A stretch of DNA of 32,000 nt from NCBI RefSeq assembly GCF_000025945.1, contig NC_006138.1:2010001-2042000 (forward strand). Reading direction: 5' to 3'. This document shows positions 15,820-24,821 of the stretch, in pieces. Under the pieces are notes generated by a model that was not told the DNA's origin, did no database searches, and worked only from the letters and a program-made list of their open reading frames with translations. Made by a program: the position numbers and the translations under genes. Positions within the stretch are counted from its first letter, which is position 1, and each line of letters opens with the position of its first letter. This DNA is from Desulfotalea psychrophila LSv54. Its GTDB lineage: Bacteria; Desulfobacterota; Desulfobulbia; Desulfobulbales; Desulfocapsaceae.

Positions 15820-16665
15820 TTACAGGTTCTCCATACTCCAATCCATTCCTATATCACAGGAAATGACAGAGTGGGTTAAGGCACCACTTGAGATAATATC
15901 CACCCCCGTTGTGGCAATGTCTGCCACTGTTTTCAGGGTGACTCCGCCGGAGGCCTCGACGAGAGCACGACCGTCAATCATGGCTACGGCGGTTTTCATA
16001 TCTGCCAGAGACATATTATCAAGCATAATAATATCTGCGCCACAGGCAACACACTCTTCTACCTGTGGCAGGGTGTCGGTCTCGACTTCAATCTTGATGG
16101 TATGAGGGATAGCAAGCCGAGCACGCTCGACAGCTGCTGTGAGAGATCCACAAGCTGCAATATGATTATCCTTGATCATGACCCCATCGGCAAGGTTAAA
16201 ACGGTGGTTACTGCCACCACCGGCTAAAACAGCATATTTTTCCAGCATGCGCAGACCGGGAGTGGTCTTGCGGGTATCGGTAATCCGTACTCCGGTTCCT
16301 TCCACTGCCTGGACAAAAAGGGAGGTCATGGTGGCAATGGCTGAAAGACGTTGGAGGAGGTTAAGTGCAACTCGTTCCGCTTTAAGCAGGTCAACAACGG
16401 GTCCTGAAACAGTGAGGATGATATCGCCCTTCTCTATGTGGGTGCCATCTGCTATGGCATTCTCAACGAGAATAGAGTCGTTTTGTACGCGAAAAACTTC
16501 ACCTGCTACAGCGTCGGCACCGGCAACAACCATGGGCTGACGAGCAACCAGATGGGCTTTGCCCTGTTGCTTGGCGGGGAAGATGGATTCGCTGGTGATA
16601 TCTCCCCGGCCAATATCTTCGGCGAGAAAATTGAGCAGGGTGCTTCGTAATGTATTCTTATCCAT
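15820..16665 (-). CDS. nadC: Nicotinate-nucleotide pyrophosphorylase (quinolinate phosphoribosyltransferase)
   Basis: 281 aa. The typical N-terminus is present (LLNFLAEDIGRGDITS), along with RVALNLLQRLSAIAT, DTRKTTPGLR, KDNH and the ImLDNm-type motif (IIMLDNMS). Confidence 0.9.
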   Translation of the reverse strand: MDKNTLRSTLLNFLAEDIGRGDITSESIFPAKQQGKAHLVARQPMVVAGADAVAGEVFRVQNDSILVENAIADGTHIEKGDIILTVSGPVVDLLKAERVALNLLQRLSAIATMTSLFVQAVEGTGVRITDTRKTTPGLRMLEKYAVLAGGGSNHRFNLADGVMIKDNHIAACGSLTAAVERARLAIPHTIKIEVETDTLPQVEECVACGADIIMLDNMSLADMKTAVAMIDGRALVEASGGVTLKTVADIATTGVDIISSGALTHSVISCDIGMDWSMENL

Positions 16666-16682
16666 AATATTCTATCTTGTTG

Positions 16683-16709
16683 AAGAACTGCAGGCAAGCT
16701 GCAGTTCTT
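16683..16709. other. Perfect 11-bp inverted repeat between valS and nadC
   Basis: AAGAACTGCAG (16683-16693), a GCAAG loop, then CTGCAGTTCTT (16699-16709). No U-tract follows on the minus-strand transcript. Confidence 0.5.
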
Positions 16710-16734
16710 TGCTATTCTATATGATCTCTTCTTT

Positions 16735-19398
16735 TTAGGAGAGTTTTTTTAAGCGGTCACTGGCCTCATCAATCTTGGCAAGCTTGGCGTCAAGCTCTTC
16801 CTTTTCGCCGGTAACCTTCGCCACAACAGCTTCAGGAGCGCCTGCAAGAAACTTGGCATTACCCAACTTGCCATTTATCTGCTTCAGTTTTGCCTCTACC
16901 TTTTTGCGTTCACGAGAGAGCTTTTCAAGCTCTGCCTCTATATCGACAAGACCTGCAAGGGGCACAAATATCTCAATATCGTTATAGATATAGGTCGCCG
17001 CATCCGCTGGTTTTTCTGCCTCTGCAACAACGGTGAAACCTTCAAGGCGGGTCATGTCAGAGATGCCGGAGGTGTAGGATCGAATAATATCAGCCCTCTT
17101 GCTATCATGACAGATAACAGTGGCATTTATCTTGGTTGAGGGATGAACCTCCGCCTCGGAACGAATATTACGAATACCTGTAATAATACCCATAAGAAGC
17201 TCCATCTCCGCTTCGGCCTCTTCGTCCTTCCACTCTTCACGGACTTCAGGAAAGGCTGAAGTGGCGAGGAAACCACGTTCTCCAGGGAGTACACTCCAGA
17301 TCTCCTCGGTGACAAATGGGGTGATGGGGTGCAGGGTTTTGAGGATGGTTTCCAGTACCACCATCAGGCAACCGCGGGCCTGATCTCGGGCGACAAGATC
17401 GTCGCTGAAGAGATCTGACTTGATCCACTCAAGGTACCAATCGCAAAATTCTTTCCAGATAAACTGGTAGTTGAGAGAGGCAACTTCATTGAAGAGGTAG
17501 CCGCGAAGACTTCTATGGATGCCTTCAACCAATTTGGCGGTACGGCTGAGTATCCAGCGATGGCCCAGGGCAAGATCCTTCGGTGTCTCTACAGCTACGC
17601 GAATGCTGTCGTCGCAATCGCCGATATGCATTTGGGCGAAGCGGGCTGCATTCCAAATCTTATTGATAAAGTGACGATATCCTTCGATACGGTCTTCGTC
17701 GAGCTTGATCTCGCGTCCCTGGGCGGCAAAGGCAGTTAAGGTGAAGCGCATGGAGTCGGTGCCGTACTGGGCCATGATCTCAAGTGGATCAATAACATTG
17801 CCGGTGGATTTTGACATCTTCTTGCCATGCTTGTCACGTACCAGAGCATGCAGGTAGACGTCCTTGAAGGGCACCTCATCCATGAGATGGAGCCCCATCA
17901 TCATCATCCGGGCAACCCAGAAGAAGAGGATATCGAAGCTGGTTATCAGGACAGAGGTAGGATAAAAGGTTTGCAACTCTTTGGTGTTCTCAGGCCAGCC
18001 CATGGTGGAAAATGGCCAGAGGGCAGAGGAGAACCAGGTGTCGAGCACATCGGTCTCTTGACTCAGCTTGCTTGAACCACACTTCGGACAGCTGGTGGGG
18101 TCCTCGGTCTCAACGATGAGTTCACCACAATCGGCGCAGGACCAGGCGGGAATACGATGTCCCCACCAGATTTGCCGTGAGATACACCAGTCACGGATAT
18201 TGTCCATCCAACTGTAAAAGGTGTTGTACCAGGTCTTGGGATAGATATTGATCTGGCCATCACGCACCGCATCAACTGCCTTGGCAGCTAGCGGTTTTAC
18301 GGAGACAAACCACTGCAGGGAGGTGGTGGGTTCGATAACGGTCTTACAGCGATAGCAGTGACCTACGGCATGATCGTAATCTTCAATCTCAACCAGATAG
18401 CCCTGCTCGCGAAGATCTTCGACAATCTGCTTGCGGCATTCAAAACGATCAAGGCCGGCATATTTGCCCGCATTGTCGTTCATCATGCCCTTCTCGTCGA
18501 TAACCTTGCAGAGATCAAGCCCATGACGTATACCAATCTCGTAATCATTACGATCATGGGATGGTGTTACCTTCAGGGCCCCGGTACCAAAATCCTTCTC
18601 TACGTGGTGATCAAAGACCACGGGCAGGATACGGTCGGTCAGGGGGAGTTTTATTCCTATTTCACCCAGGTGAGCATAGCGCTCATCATCTGGATGGACG
18701 GCAATGGCTGTATCGCCAGGCATAGTCTCGGGGCGGGTAGTGGCGATAACTACGGAGCCGGAACCATCGGCAAAGGGATAGCGGATGTGATAGAGTTTAC
18801 CCTTGCTATCCTCGTGCTCAACCTCGTCATCGGCAAGAGCCGTCTGACAGCGTGGGCACCAGTTAACGATATAATCGCCCTTATAGATAAGGCCTTCCTT
18901 GTAGAGGCGGACAAATACCTCGCGAACCGAGGTGGAGAGACCCTCGTCCATGGTAAAGCGCTCACGCTCCCAGTCGCAGGAAGAGCCAATCTTTTTTAAC
19001 TGATTAACAATTGTGCCGCCCTTATCTTCGCGCCACTTCCATACCCTTTCAATAAAGGCCTCGCGACCTAGATCGTGACGCCCCTTGCCCTCGGTTGCCA
19101 GCTGACGTTCGACGACGTTCTGGGTGGCAATGCCTGCATGGTCAGTGCCGGGAATCCACATGGTATTATCGCCACACATGCGGTGATAGCGTACCAGGAT
19201 ATCCTGTAGTGTATTGTTTAAAGCATGGCCTACATGGAGTACGCCAGTAACGTTTGGTGGCGGGATAACGATGGAAAATGCATCTTTACCATCCTCCATC
19301 TTCGTTGCAAAAGCATTCTGCTTATGCCAACGAGAAAGCCACTTTTCTTCAACATCTGCAAACTCATATCCTTTACTTAACAAGCTGTCCTGTGCCAT
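16735..19398 (-). CDS. valS: Valine--tRNA ligase
   Basis: 887 aa. It has the class I HIGH motif (PNVTGVLHVGHALN), KMSKS (KMSKSTGN), the editing-domain insertion and the C-terminal coiled coil typical of ValRS. Confidence 0.97.
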   Translation of the reverse strand: MAQDSLLSKGYEFADVEEKWLSRWHKQNAFATKMEDGKDAFSIVIPPPNVTGVLHVGHALNNTLQDILVRYHRMCGDNTMWIPGTDHAGIATQNVVERQLATEGKGRHDLGREAFIERVWKWREDKGGTIVNQLKKIGSSCDWERERFTMDEGLSTSVREVFVRLYKEGLIYKGDYIVNWCPRCQTALADDEVEHEDSKGKLYHIRYPFADGSGSVVIATTRPETMPGDTAIAVHPDDERYAHLGEIGIKLPLTDRILPVVFDHHVEKDFGTGALKVTPSHDRNDYEIGIRHGLDLCKVIDEKGMMNDNAGKYAGLDRFECRKQIVEDLREQGYLVEIEDYDHAVGHCYRCKTVIEPTTSLQWFVSVKPLAAKAVDAVRDGQINIYPKTWYNTFYSWMDNIRDWCISRQIWWGHRIPAWSCADCGELIVETEDPTSCPKCGSSKLSQETDVLDTWFSSALWPFSTMGWPENTKELQTFYPTSVLITSFDILFFWVARMMMMGLHLMDEVPFKDVYLHALVRDKHGKKMSKSTGNVIDPLEIMAQYGTDSMRFTLTAFAAQGREIKLDEDRIEGYRHFINKIWNAARFAQMHIGDCDDSIRVAVETPKDLALGHRWILSRTAKLVEGIHRSLRGYLFNEVASLNYQFIWKEFCDWYLEWIKSDLFSDDLVARDQARGCLMVVLETILKTLHPITPFVTEEIWSVLPGERGFLATSAFPEVREEWKDEEAEAEMELLMGIITGIRNIRSEAEVHPSTKINATVICHDSKRADIIRSYTSGISDMTRLEGFTVVAEAEKPADAATYIYNDIEIFVPLAGLVDIEAELEKLSRERKKVEAKLKQINGKLGNAKFLAGAPEAVVAKVTGEKEELDAKLAKIDEASDRLKKLS

Positions 19399-19517
19399 AT
19401 TTTTCTTCTTCTCTGTGTATATAGGAGTAATCTAAAACAAAAACATATAACGATAACAGAACAGGATACCCCACCACTTCACTGGCTGGCAAGCCTTTTC
19501 TGTAGATCAACTATTCG

Positions 19518-20642
19518 CTAGGCAAAGGAGGTGCTTGAATTTCCCGAATAATGACCACCCCAAGGTTGAGGTAAAAAAATATGTTCATAAATACTGAGTG
19601 CGTATCTATCCGTCATCCCGGCCACATAGTCACAGACGCATCTGTGGGCAAATTGTTGGTCTTCCCACTCTGGAGTCTTTTCTCCATAGGTCCAGTCCAT
19701 GCCCTGTCGTCGAACTAAACCATTTTCTAAAAAATAGTGGTAGAGATCGGTGATAATTCTGCTAGCCTTTTCAAATTCTCGGTAGATTTTTTCTGTTCGA
19801 TAGACATTTTTAAAAAGAAAAGAACGCATTCTGTCAATGGCCTCGAGCATCTCTTCACTGACATGGAGATTGCCATCGTCCCCCCGCAGGGTTTCGACAA
19901 TAAGATCCCGAACCATGGAACCAATCCGGGCGGCATGACTATCGCCGACAACAGCACAAATTTCTTGTGGTAGATCCTTTCTCTTTATCACTCCCGCTCG
20001 CAGGGCATCGTCCATATCATGGTTTACATAGGCGACTATGTCGGCCAAGCGGACAATTTGCCCTTCAAGGGTAATAGCCAGACTCTTGGTGTTTTTGGGT
20101 AATATTTCTCCTTCGCCTTTGGAGTGACGGACAATACCGTTTCGTACCTCAAGGGTAAGGTTAAGGCCCCTGCCATCGTGCTCCAGCATATCAACTACTC
20201 GCAGGCTATGTATATAGTGGCGAAAGCCCTTGGGGTGCAATTTGTTGAGCGTTGCCTCTCCTGCATGGCCAAAAGGGGTATGACCAAGATCATGTCCCAG
20301 GGCAATGGCCTCGGTTAGCGATTCATTGAGACAGAGGGCCGCTGCCACGGTGCGTGCTATTTGGGAAACTTCTAAGACATGGGTAAGACGGGTGCGGTAG
20401 TGATCGCCGGTGGGAGAGAGAAAGACCTGGGTTTTATGTTTCAGACGGCGAAAGGTCTTGGAGTGAAGGATGCGGTCACGGTCCCTCTGAAAAGAGAGGC
20501 GGATGTCACCTATATGCTCTTCTTCAGGAATCATTCTCCCCCTTGAGTTTTTGCTTAGGGTGGCAAAGGGAGAGAGAATTTCTGCCTCTCGCTCTTCCAG
20601 CTGTTGTTTAAGTGATCGTCCCAAAACAGGTTGATATGTCAT
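19518..20642 (-). CDS. dGTPase-like HD-domain triphosphohydrolase (Dgt type 2-like)
   Basis: 374 aa. It contains F.RDRDRILHS..FRRL..KTQVF and the HD motif (RLTHVLEV...LGHDLGHTPFGHAGE). Confidence 0.85.
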   Translation of the reverse strand: MTYQPVLGRSLKQQLEEREAEILSPFATLSKNSRGRMIPEEEHIGDIRLSFQRDRDRILHSKTFRRLKHKTQVFLSPTGDHYRTRLTHVLEVSQIARTVAAALCLNESLTEAIALGHDLGHTPFGHAGEATLNKLHPKGFRHYIHSLRVVDMLEHDGRGLNLTLEVRNGIVRHSKGEGEILPKNTKSLAITLEGQIVRLADIVAYVNHDMDDALRAGVIKRKDLPQEICAVVGDSHAARIGSMVRDLIVETLRGDDGNLHVSEEMLEAIDRMRSFLFKNVYRTEKIYREFEKASRIITDLYHYFLENGLVRRQGMDWTYGEKTPEWEDQQFAHRCVCDYVAGMTDRYALSIYEHIFLPQPWGGHYSGNSSTSFA

Positions 20643-20813
20643 GAACCCTCCGCTGCATAGTGCTTGCTATAATTATGAGTAAAAACAAGTATAAGTTCAA
20701 TTCCTTACTAGAACATAACATAAAAAAAAATTATGGCAAAAATTTTACATTTCTCTTTTTTTTCTATACACTAAAATAGAATTAGTCGTCCTCTCTTATA
20801 CTAAGCAACAGGA

Positions 20814-20861
20814 CAATTATTGATAGATAATTGCAGGCAGAGCTCAATTATCTCAAGATAA
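20814..20861. promoter_or_regulatory. Two AT-rich palindromes upstream of tpx (candidate Fur-family/PerR-like operator)
   Basis: The first is CAATTAT-tgatag-ATAATTG (20814-20833). The second is TTATCT-ca-AGATAA (20848-20861). Both lie 14-60 nt upstream of the tpx ATG, in the divergent dgt-like/tpx intergenic region. Confidence 0.35.
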
Positions 20862-20874
20862 AAAGGAGCAAGGT

Positions 20875-21378
20875 ATGACCCAGGTAAGTCTTAACGGTAC
20901 CATAATAGAAACCATAGGTGATTTGCCGGAAGTTGGAGATATGGCAGCAGATTTCTCTCTTACCGCATCGGATTTATCGACAAAAACCCTTGACGATTAT
21001 ACAGGAAATACGGTGGTCTTAAATATTTTTCCTAGTATCGACACCCCTGTTTGTGCCATGAGCGTTCGTAAATTTAACAGTGATGCCGCAGGTAAAAAAA
21101 ACACTAAGGTTCTTTGTATTTCTGCAGACCTGCCCTTTGCGCATGCCCGTTTTTGTGATGGTGAGGGATTGAAAAATGTTATTCCCCTCTCTGCTTTTCG
21201 CTCCCCAAATTTTGGTAAAGATTATGGGCAGACAATTATAACAGGGCCGCTGACAGGACTTCTCGCTCGGGCCGTGGTTATTATCTCGCCTGCGGGTAAA
21301 ATTCTCTATACAGAGCAGGTGCCAGAGATCACTCAAGAGCCTAATTATAGTAAGGCCCTTCTCCTTCTTGCAGAGTAA
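20875..21378 (+). CDS. tpx: Thiol peroxidase (atypical 2-Cys peroxiredoxin, Tpx)
   Basis: 167 aa. The peroxidatic Cys context is PSIDTPVCA and the resolving Cys context is VLCISADLPFAHARFC. An AAGGAG RBS lies 6 nt upstream. Confidence 0.9.
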   Translation: MTQVSLNGTIIETIGDLPEVGDMAADFSLTASDLSTKTLDDYTGNTVVLNIFPSIDTPVCAMSVRKFNSDAAGKKNTKVLCISADLPFAHARFCDGEGLKNVIPLSAFRSPNFGKDYGQTIITGPLTGLLARAVVIISPAGKILYTEQVPEITQEPNYSKALLLLAE

Positions 21379-21525
21379 TATCTTCGGCAAAAGTATAAAA
21401 AATAAGAAATATATTTGCAAAATACAGATTTAACTTATAGAGATGTTTTCTGAAGACCATAAACACTCCGTTGTTTTGGACAGAGGAGCTTTCTTGTTTT
21501 TTATTACCTATGCTAGGAGAATACA

Positions 21526-22797
21526 ATGTCAGATATTATTTCGGCAGTAGATGCCATGGAAGTTCTCGACTCTAGGGGAAATCCTACCGTACGAGTTTTT
21601 GTTACTTTAGATAATGGCACCACATGTGCGGCATCTGTTCCTTCCGGAGCAAGCACAGGCGAAAATGAAGCAATAGAGCTTCGAGACGGAGATGCATCCC
21701 GCTATCTCGGCAAGGGAGTGCTTAAAGCTGTTGATAACGTAAAAAATATTATTGCTCCTGCCGTAATTGGCAAAAAAATTACTCATCAGGCTGCAATTGA
21801 TAATCTGATGATTGAGCTTGATGGTACCGAGACTAAGTCCAGTCTTGGCGCTAATGCCATTCTCGGTGTTTCCATGGCCGTCGCTCGTGCCGGTGCACGT
21901 TCCAGTCGCCTGCCACTCTACCAATATCTCGGCGGACCAGGCGCCAGACGCATTCCCGTGCCTGCCATGAACATCATTAATGGTGGAGAGCATGCAGATA
22001 ACAGTGTGGACATCCAGGAGTTTATGGCTGTGCCTGTGGGCGCACCAAGTTTTGGAGAGGGTCTACGTTATATTGCAGAGACATTTCATAATTTGAAAAA
22101 GATCCTTAAGAGTCGTGGTCTTGCAACCAGCGTTGGTGATGAGGGTGGCTTTGCGCCAAACCTTGAAAGCAATGAGGCTGCCATGGATATCATCATTGAA
22201 GCCATTGAGGCCAGTGGCTATACCCCAGGAAAAGATATTGCCTTTGCACTCGATAGTGCAGCGAGCTCTTTTTCTCCAGATCTCTGTGGTAGCTATGACC
22301 TGAAATGGTCTGGTGGTGGCAAAAAAGACAGTGCTGATATGATTGCCATGGCTCAAAAATGGATTGAGAAATACCCAATCGTTTCTTGGGAAGATCCACT
22401 TGCTGAAAACGACTGGGCAGGTTTTCAAAAACTGACAGCTGCCGTTGGCGATAAAATTGATGTTGTCGGTGACGATCTCTTTGTTACCAATACCAAGTAT
22501 ATCGCCCGTGGTATTGAAGAGAAGAGTGCCAACTCTGTACTTATTAAGCTCAACCAAATTGGTACAGTAACTGAAAGTATTGATGCCGTGCGCATGTGTC
22601 GTGAGGCGGGTTGGAGATACTTTATCTCTCATCGATCCGGTGAAACAGAAGATACCTTTCTTGCTGATTTTGCCGTAGCAATGGACGGTGGACAACTCAA
22701 AACAGGTTCCGCAAGTCGAAGTGAGCGTATTGCTAAATACAATCGTCTTCTTGAAATCGAGCGAGAGCTTGGTGCTAATGCCCTTTACTACTGGTAG
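21526..22797 (+). CDS. eno: Enolase (phosphopyruvate hydratase)
   Basis: 423 aa. It contains [38 protein letters not shown] and the enolase signature region [13 protein letters not shown]. An AGGAG RBS is present. Confidence 0.97.
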   Translation: MSDIISAVDAMEVLDSRGNPTVRVFVTLDNGTTCAASVPSGASTGENEAIELRDGDASRYLGKGVLKAVDNVKNIIAPAVIGKKITHQAAIDNLMIELDGTETKSSLGANAILGVSMAVARAGARSSRLPLYQYLGGPGARRIPVPAMNIINGGEHADNSVDIQEFMAVPVGAPSFGEGLRYIAETFHNLKKILKSRGLATSVGDEGGFAPNLESNEAAMDIIIEAIEASGYTPGKDIAFALDSAASSFSPDLCGSYDLKWSGGGKKDSADMIAMAQKWIEKYPIVSWEDPLAENDWAGFQKLTAAVGDKIDVVGDDLFVTNTKYIARGIEEKSANSVLIKLNQIGTVTESIDAVRMCREAGWRYFISHRSGETEDTFLADFAVAMDGGQLKTGSASRSERIAKYNRLLEIERELGANALYYW

Positions 22798-22816
22798 ATT
22801 CCTCTAGGATAGATAT

Positions 22817-22847
22817 GGGAGTCAGTTAGCTGTCTGGTCTGACTCCC
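22817..22847 (+). terminator. Hairpin after eno (possible terminator)
   Basis: GGGAGTCAG (22817-22825) pairs with CTGACTCCC (22839-22847), giving a 9-bp stem. The T-tract that follows is weak (TTATCC). Confidence 0.4.
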
Positions 22848-23127
22848 TTATCCGTAAATTCAGTACCATTTCATTCTTTTCTGTCTAGCCTCTGTTAATC
22901 TTGGAAAATCCCCTCTGCAATAAAAATGTATCAGCAAAAGGTATGGGTAGATCCTGCTCTTGATGAGATCTGCTCTTAGCCGAGCTGGTCTTTAGGAAAA
23001 ATGGTCAATTCTTTAAAGTTATCCCGTAGAATGTTATTCTTAAATTTCTTGTGTCTGCAGGAGAAAGACTGTAGGTTTGCCCTGTTTTTCGAAGTTTTTC
23101 ATCTTGAAAAGGAACGGGTGCAGAATT

Positions 23128-23905
23128 ATGGAAGGAATTGATCTGAGTTTTCAGATATTTATTTTTCTCTTTATTGTTGGTGCGGTGGCAGGACTTGTTG
23201 ATTCTATAGCAGGAGGAGGTGGACTCATTGCCCTACCGGCCCTCCTCTTTGTCGGTCTGCCCCCACAGCTTGCTCTGGGAACCAATAAATTGCAGGGTTG
23301 TTTTGGCACTTTTTCTGCAAGCTATAACTTTGTTAGAACAGGCCATGTCTCCCTGCGCGGGGCCTCCTCGGGTATAATCTTTACCCTCTTGGGGGCTGGG
23401 CTTGGTGCTTGGCTTGTTCAGCAACTCTCAGCCGGTTTTACCCAGTACCTCATCCCGGTCATGCTCTGTATCGTTTTTCTCTATATCATGCTCTCTCCCC
23501 GCCTTGGTTTTGAAGAGAGGGGGGCCAAGATGTCGATATTTGCCTTTAGCCTGGTCTTTGGTATGTCTCTTGGTTTTTACGATGGATTTTTTGGTCCCGG
23601 CACAGGTTCTTTTTGGACAATGGCCTGCATGACCATGATGGGAATGAATATGACCCGAGCCTCGGGTTATACAAAGATAATGAACTTCACCCAGTAATAT
23701 TGCGGCACTTTCTCTTTTTGTTGCGGGTGGGAATGTCTGTTATTCAGTGGGCCTGACCATGGCTCTGGGGCAGATACTGGGGGCATCCGTGGGTTCCCAT
23801 CTTGCTATTAAAAACGGAGCAAAATTTATCCGCCCCGTTTTTTTGGCAGTTGTTTTTCTTACTATTACCAGACTCATCTATAATCAAATTTCTCCTGCAG
23901 GCTAG
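23128..23905 (+). pseudogene. TSUP/TauE-SafE (YfcA-like) membrane permease interrupted by a 1-nt frameshift
   Basis: Frame A (23128-23697) encodes MEGIDLSF...LVDSIAGGGGLIALPALL...LGTNKLQG...GFYDGFFGPGTGSFW...YTKIMNFT, then reads Q-stop. The frame entered at 23693 continues as SNIAALSLFVAGGNV...LGQILGASVGSHLAIKNGAKFIRPVFLAVVFLTITRLIY and stops at 23903-23905. Joined, the two parts match the E. coli YfcA layout (..KLLNATSNIGGLLLF..GARMGSRL..KG.K.IRP..) as I remember it. The break lies at the CCC run at 23690-23692. Confidence 0.75.
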
Positions 23906-23913
23906 GCAGGGAA

Positions 23914-24495
23914 TTATTTTTTTCCTTCACATTCTGGGCAAATGGTTTTTATAAAACGATCTTCACCATTTTTTTCTATAAGTTCAAGGTAGTCATGCCA
24001 TGTTCCCTCGTCAATATCTTCAATTTTGTGGCATTTTTCGCAGACGGTGAGGCTGTCCTGCAGGGTGTCGAGTTGATTGATGGCATTTTTTAATTCAGTG
24101 ACGGTGGAGGCAAGCATGTCCTGACTGCGAACAAGGCGATCGGCAACACGTACTCTGGCCCGCAATTCATCACTGTTAAAGGGTTTGGTGATATAGTCAT
24201 CGGCGCCGGCATCAAAACCAAGCAGTATATCATTTTTGCTGCCGTGAGCGGTTAGCAGTATAATATATGGAGGGTTTTCGCTCTCCTGTTCCCTCAGCCT
24301 TTTGCATACTTCCAGTCCATCAACTTCGGGCATTTCCCAGTCAATTATGGCAATCCTAGGTGCCTCTCCACGACCAAAAAGCTCCATGGCCTCTTTTCCA
24401 TCCTTAGCTTCCAGAACGTCGTAGCCCCAATTTTCTAAACTTACCTGCACCATTAGTCTTGTTACAAGTTCATCTTCTGCCACAAGCACTTTCAT
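23914..24495 (-). CDS. Response regulator: REC + coiled coil + divergent CxxC...CxxC tail
   Basis: I prefer the ATG at 24493-24495 (MKVLVAEDELVTRL...), with an AAGGTGA RBS 7 nt upstream. The REC motifs are IIDWEMPEVDG and ITKPF. The C-terminus is VCEKCHKIEDIDEGTWHDYLELIEKNGEDRFIKTICPECEGKK. Confidence 0.8.
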   Translation of the reverse strand: MKVLVAEDELVTRLMVQVSLENWGYDVLEAKDGKEAMELFGRGEAPRIAIIDWEMPEVDGLEVCKRLREQESENPPYIILLTAHGSKNDILLGFDAGADDYITKPFNSDELRARVRVADRLVRSQDMLASTVTELKNAINQLDTLQDSLTVCEKCHKIEDIDEGTWHDYLELIEKNGEDRFIKTICPECEGKK

Positions 24496-24821
24496 AGTCG
24501 TCACCTTGTCGTTAAATAAAAAATAATATCCACCATACAATACAGAAGACCTTACAGTAAAAAGGTTCTATTGTTCCATGTTTTTTTGCTGAGGCCTATT
24601 TATCTTCATAGACTAAGAGTAGGTCTGGTAAGCCCTGTTCTCTTCCCCCAAAAGATGGGAAAATGGGGTAGGGGAAAAATATATATTTTTAAATTCAGTT
24701 GAATAGCGGTTAATTTTTTTGCTACCCTTAGCTTACAGTAGAATGCATTTTTCAGGATTTGACCATCCGCAATAGATAGGGAGGATGGAGCAAACCAACC
24801 TTTCACCTTGGTACATTTTTT

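Noticed and set aside
19518-20642. The dGTPase-like HD protein as a possible anti-phage dNTP-depletion defence gene.
   Set aside because: It sits between valS and tpx/eno, in purely housekeeping context. No mobile-element or defence-island neighbours are present, and it has the ordinary Dgt-type-2 layout. Nothing in the sequence distinguishes it from the housekeeping paralog.
22949-22978. A near-direct repeat AGATC(C)TGCTCTT(G)A x2 in the eno-TSUP intergenic region.
   Set aside because: It is short and imperfect, and has no dyad symmetry or promoter context that I could anchor it to. It could easily arise by chance in 280 bp of non-coding DNA.
23683-23700. Programmed +1 ribosomal frameshifting at the TSUP break (ACC CAG TAA).
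   Set aside because: There is no slippery re-pairing: tRNA-Thr on ACC cannot re-pair on CCC, and tRNA-Gln on CAG cannot re-pair on AGT. There is also no upstream SD-like stimulator of the prfB type. A homopolymer indel, either real or a sequencing error, is the simpler explanation.
24657-24674. The G-run cluster GGGAAAATGGGGTAGGGG as a possible G-quadruplex.
   Set aside because: Only three G-runs are present. A fourth run is missing within a reasonable loop distance.
24707-24724. A sigma54-like -24/-12 element (cGG-N11-GCt) upstream of nqrA.
   Set aside because: The GG-to-GC spacing is 11 nt rather than the canonical 10. The flanking bases do not match TGGCAC/TTGCW.
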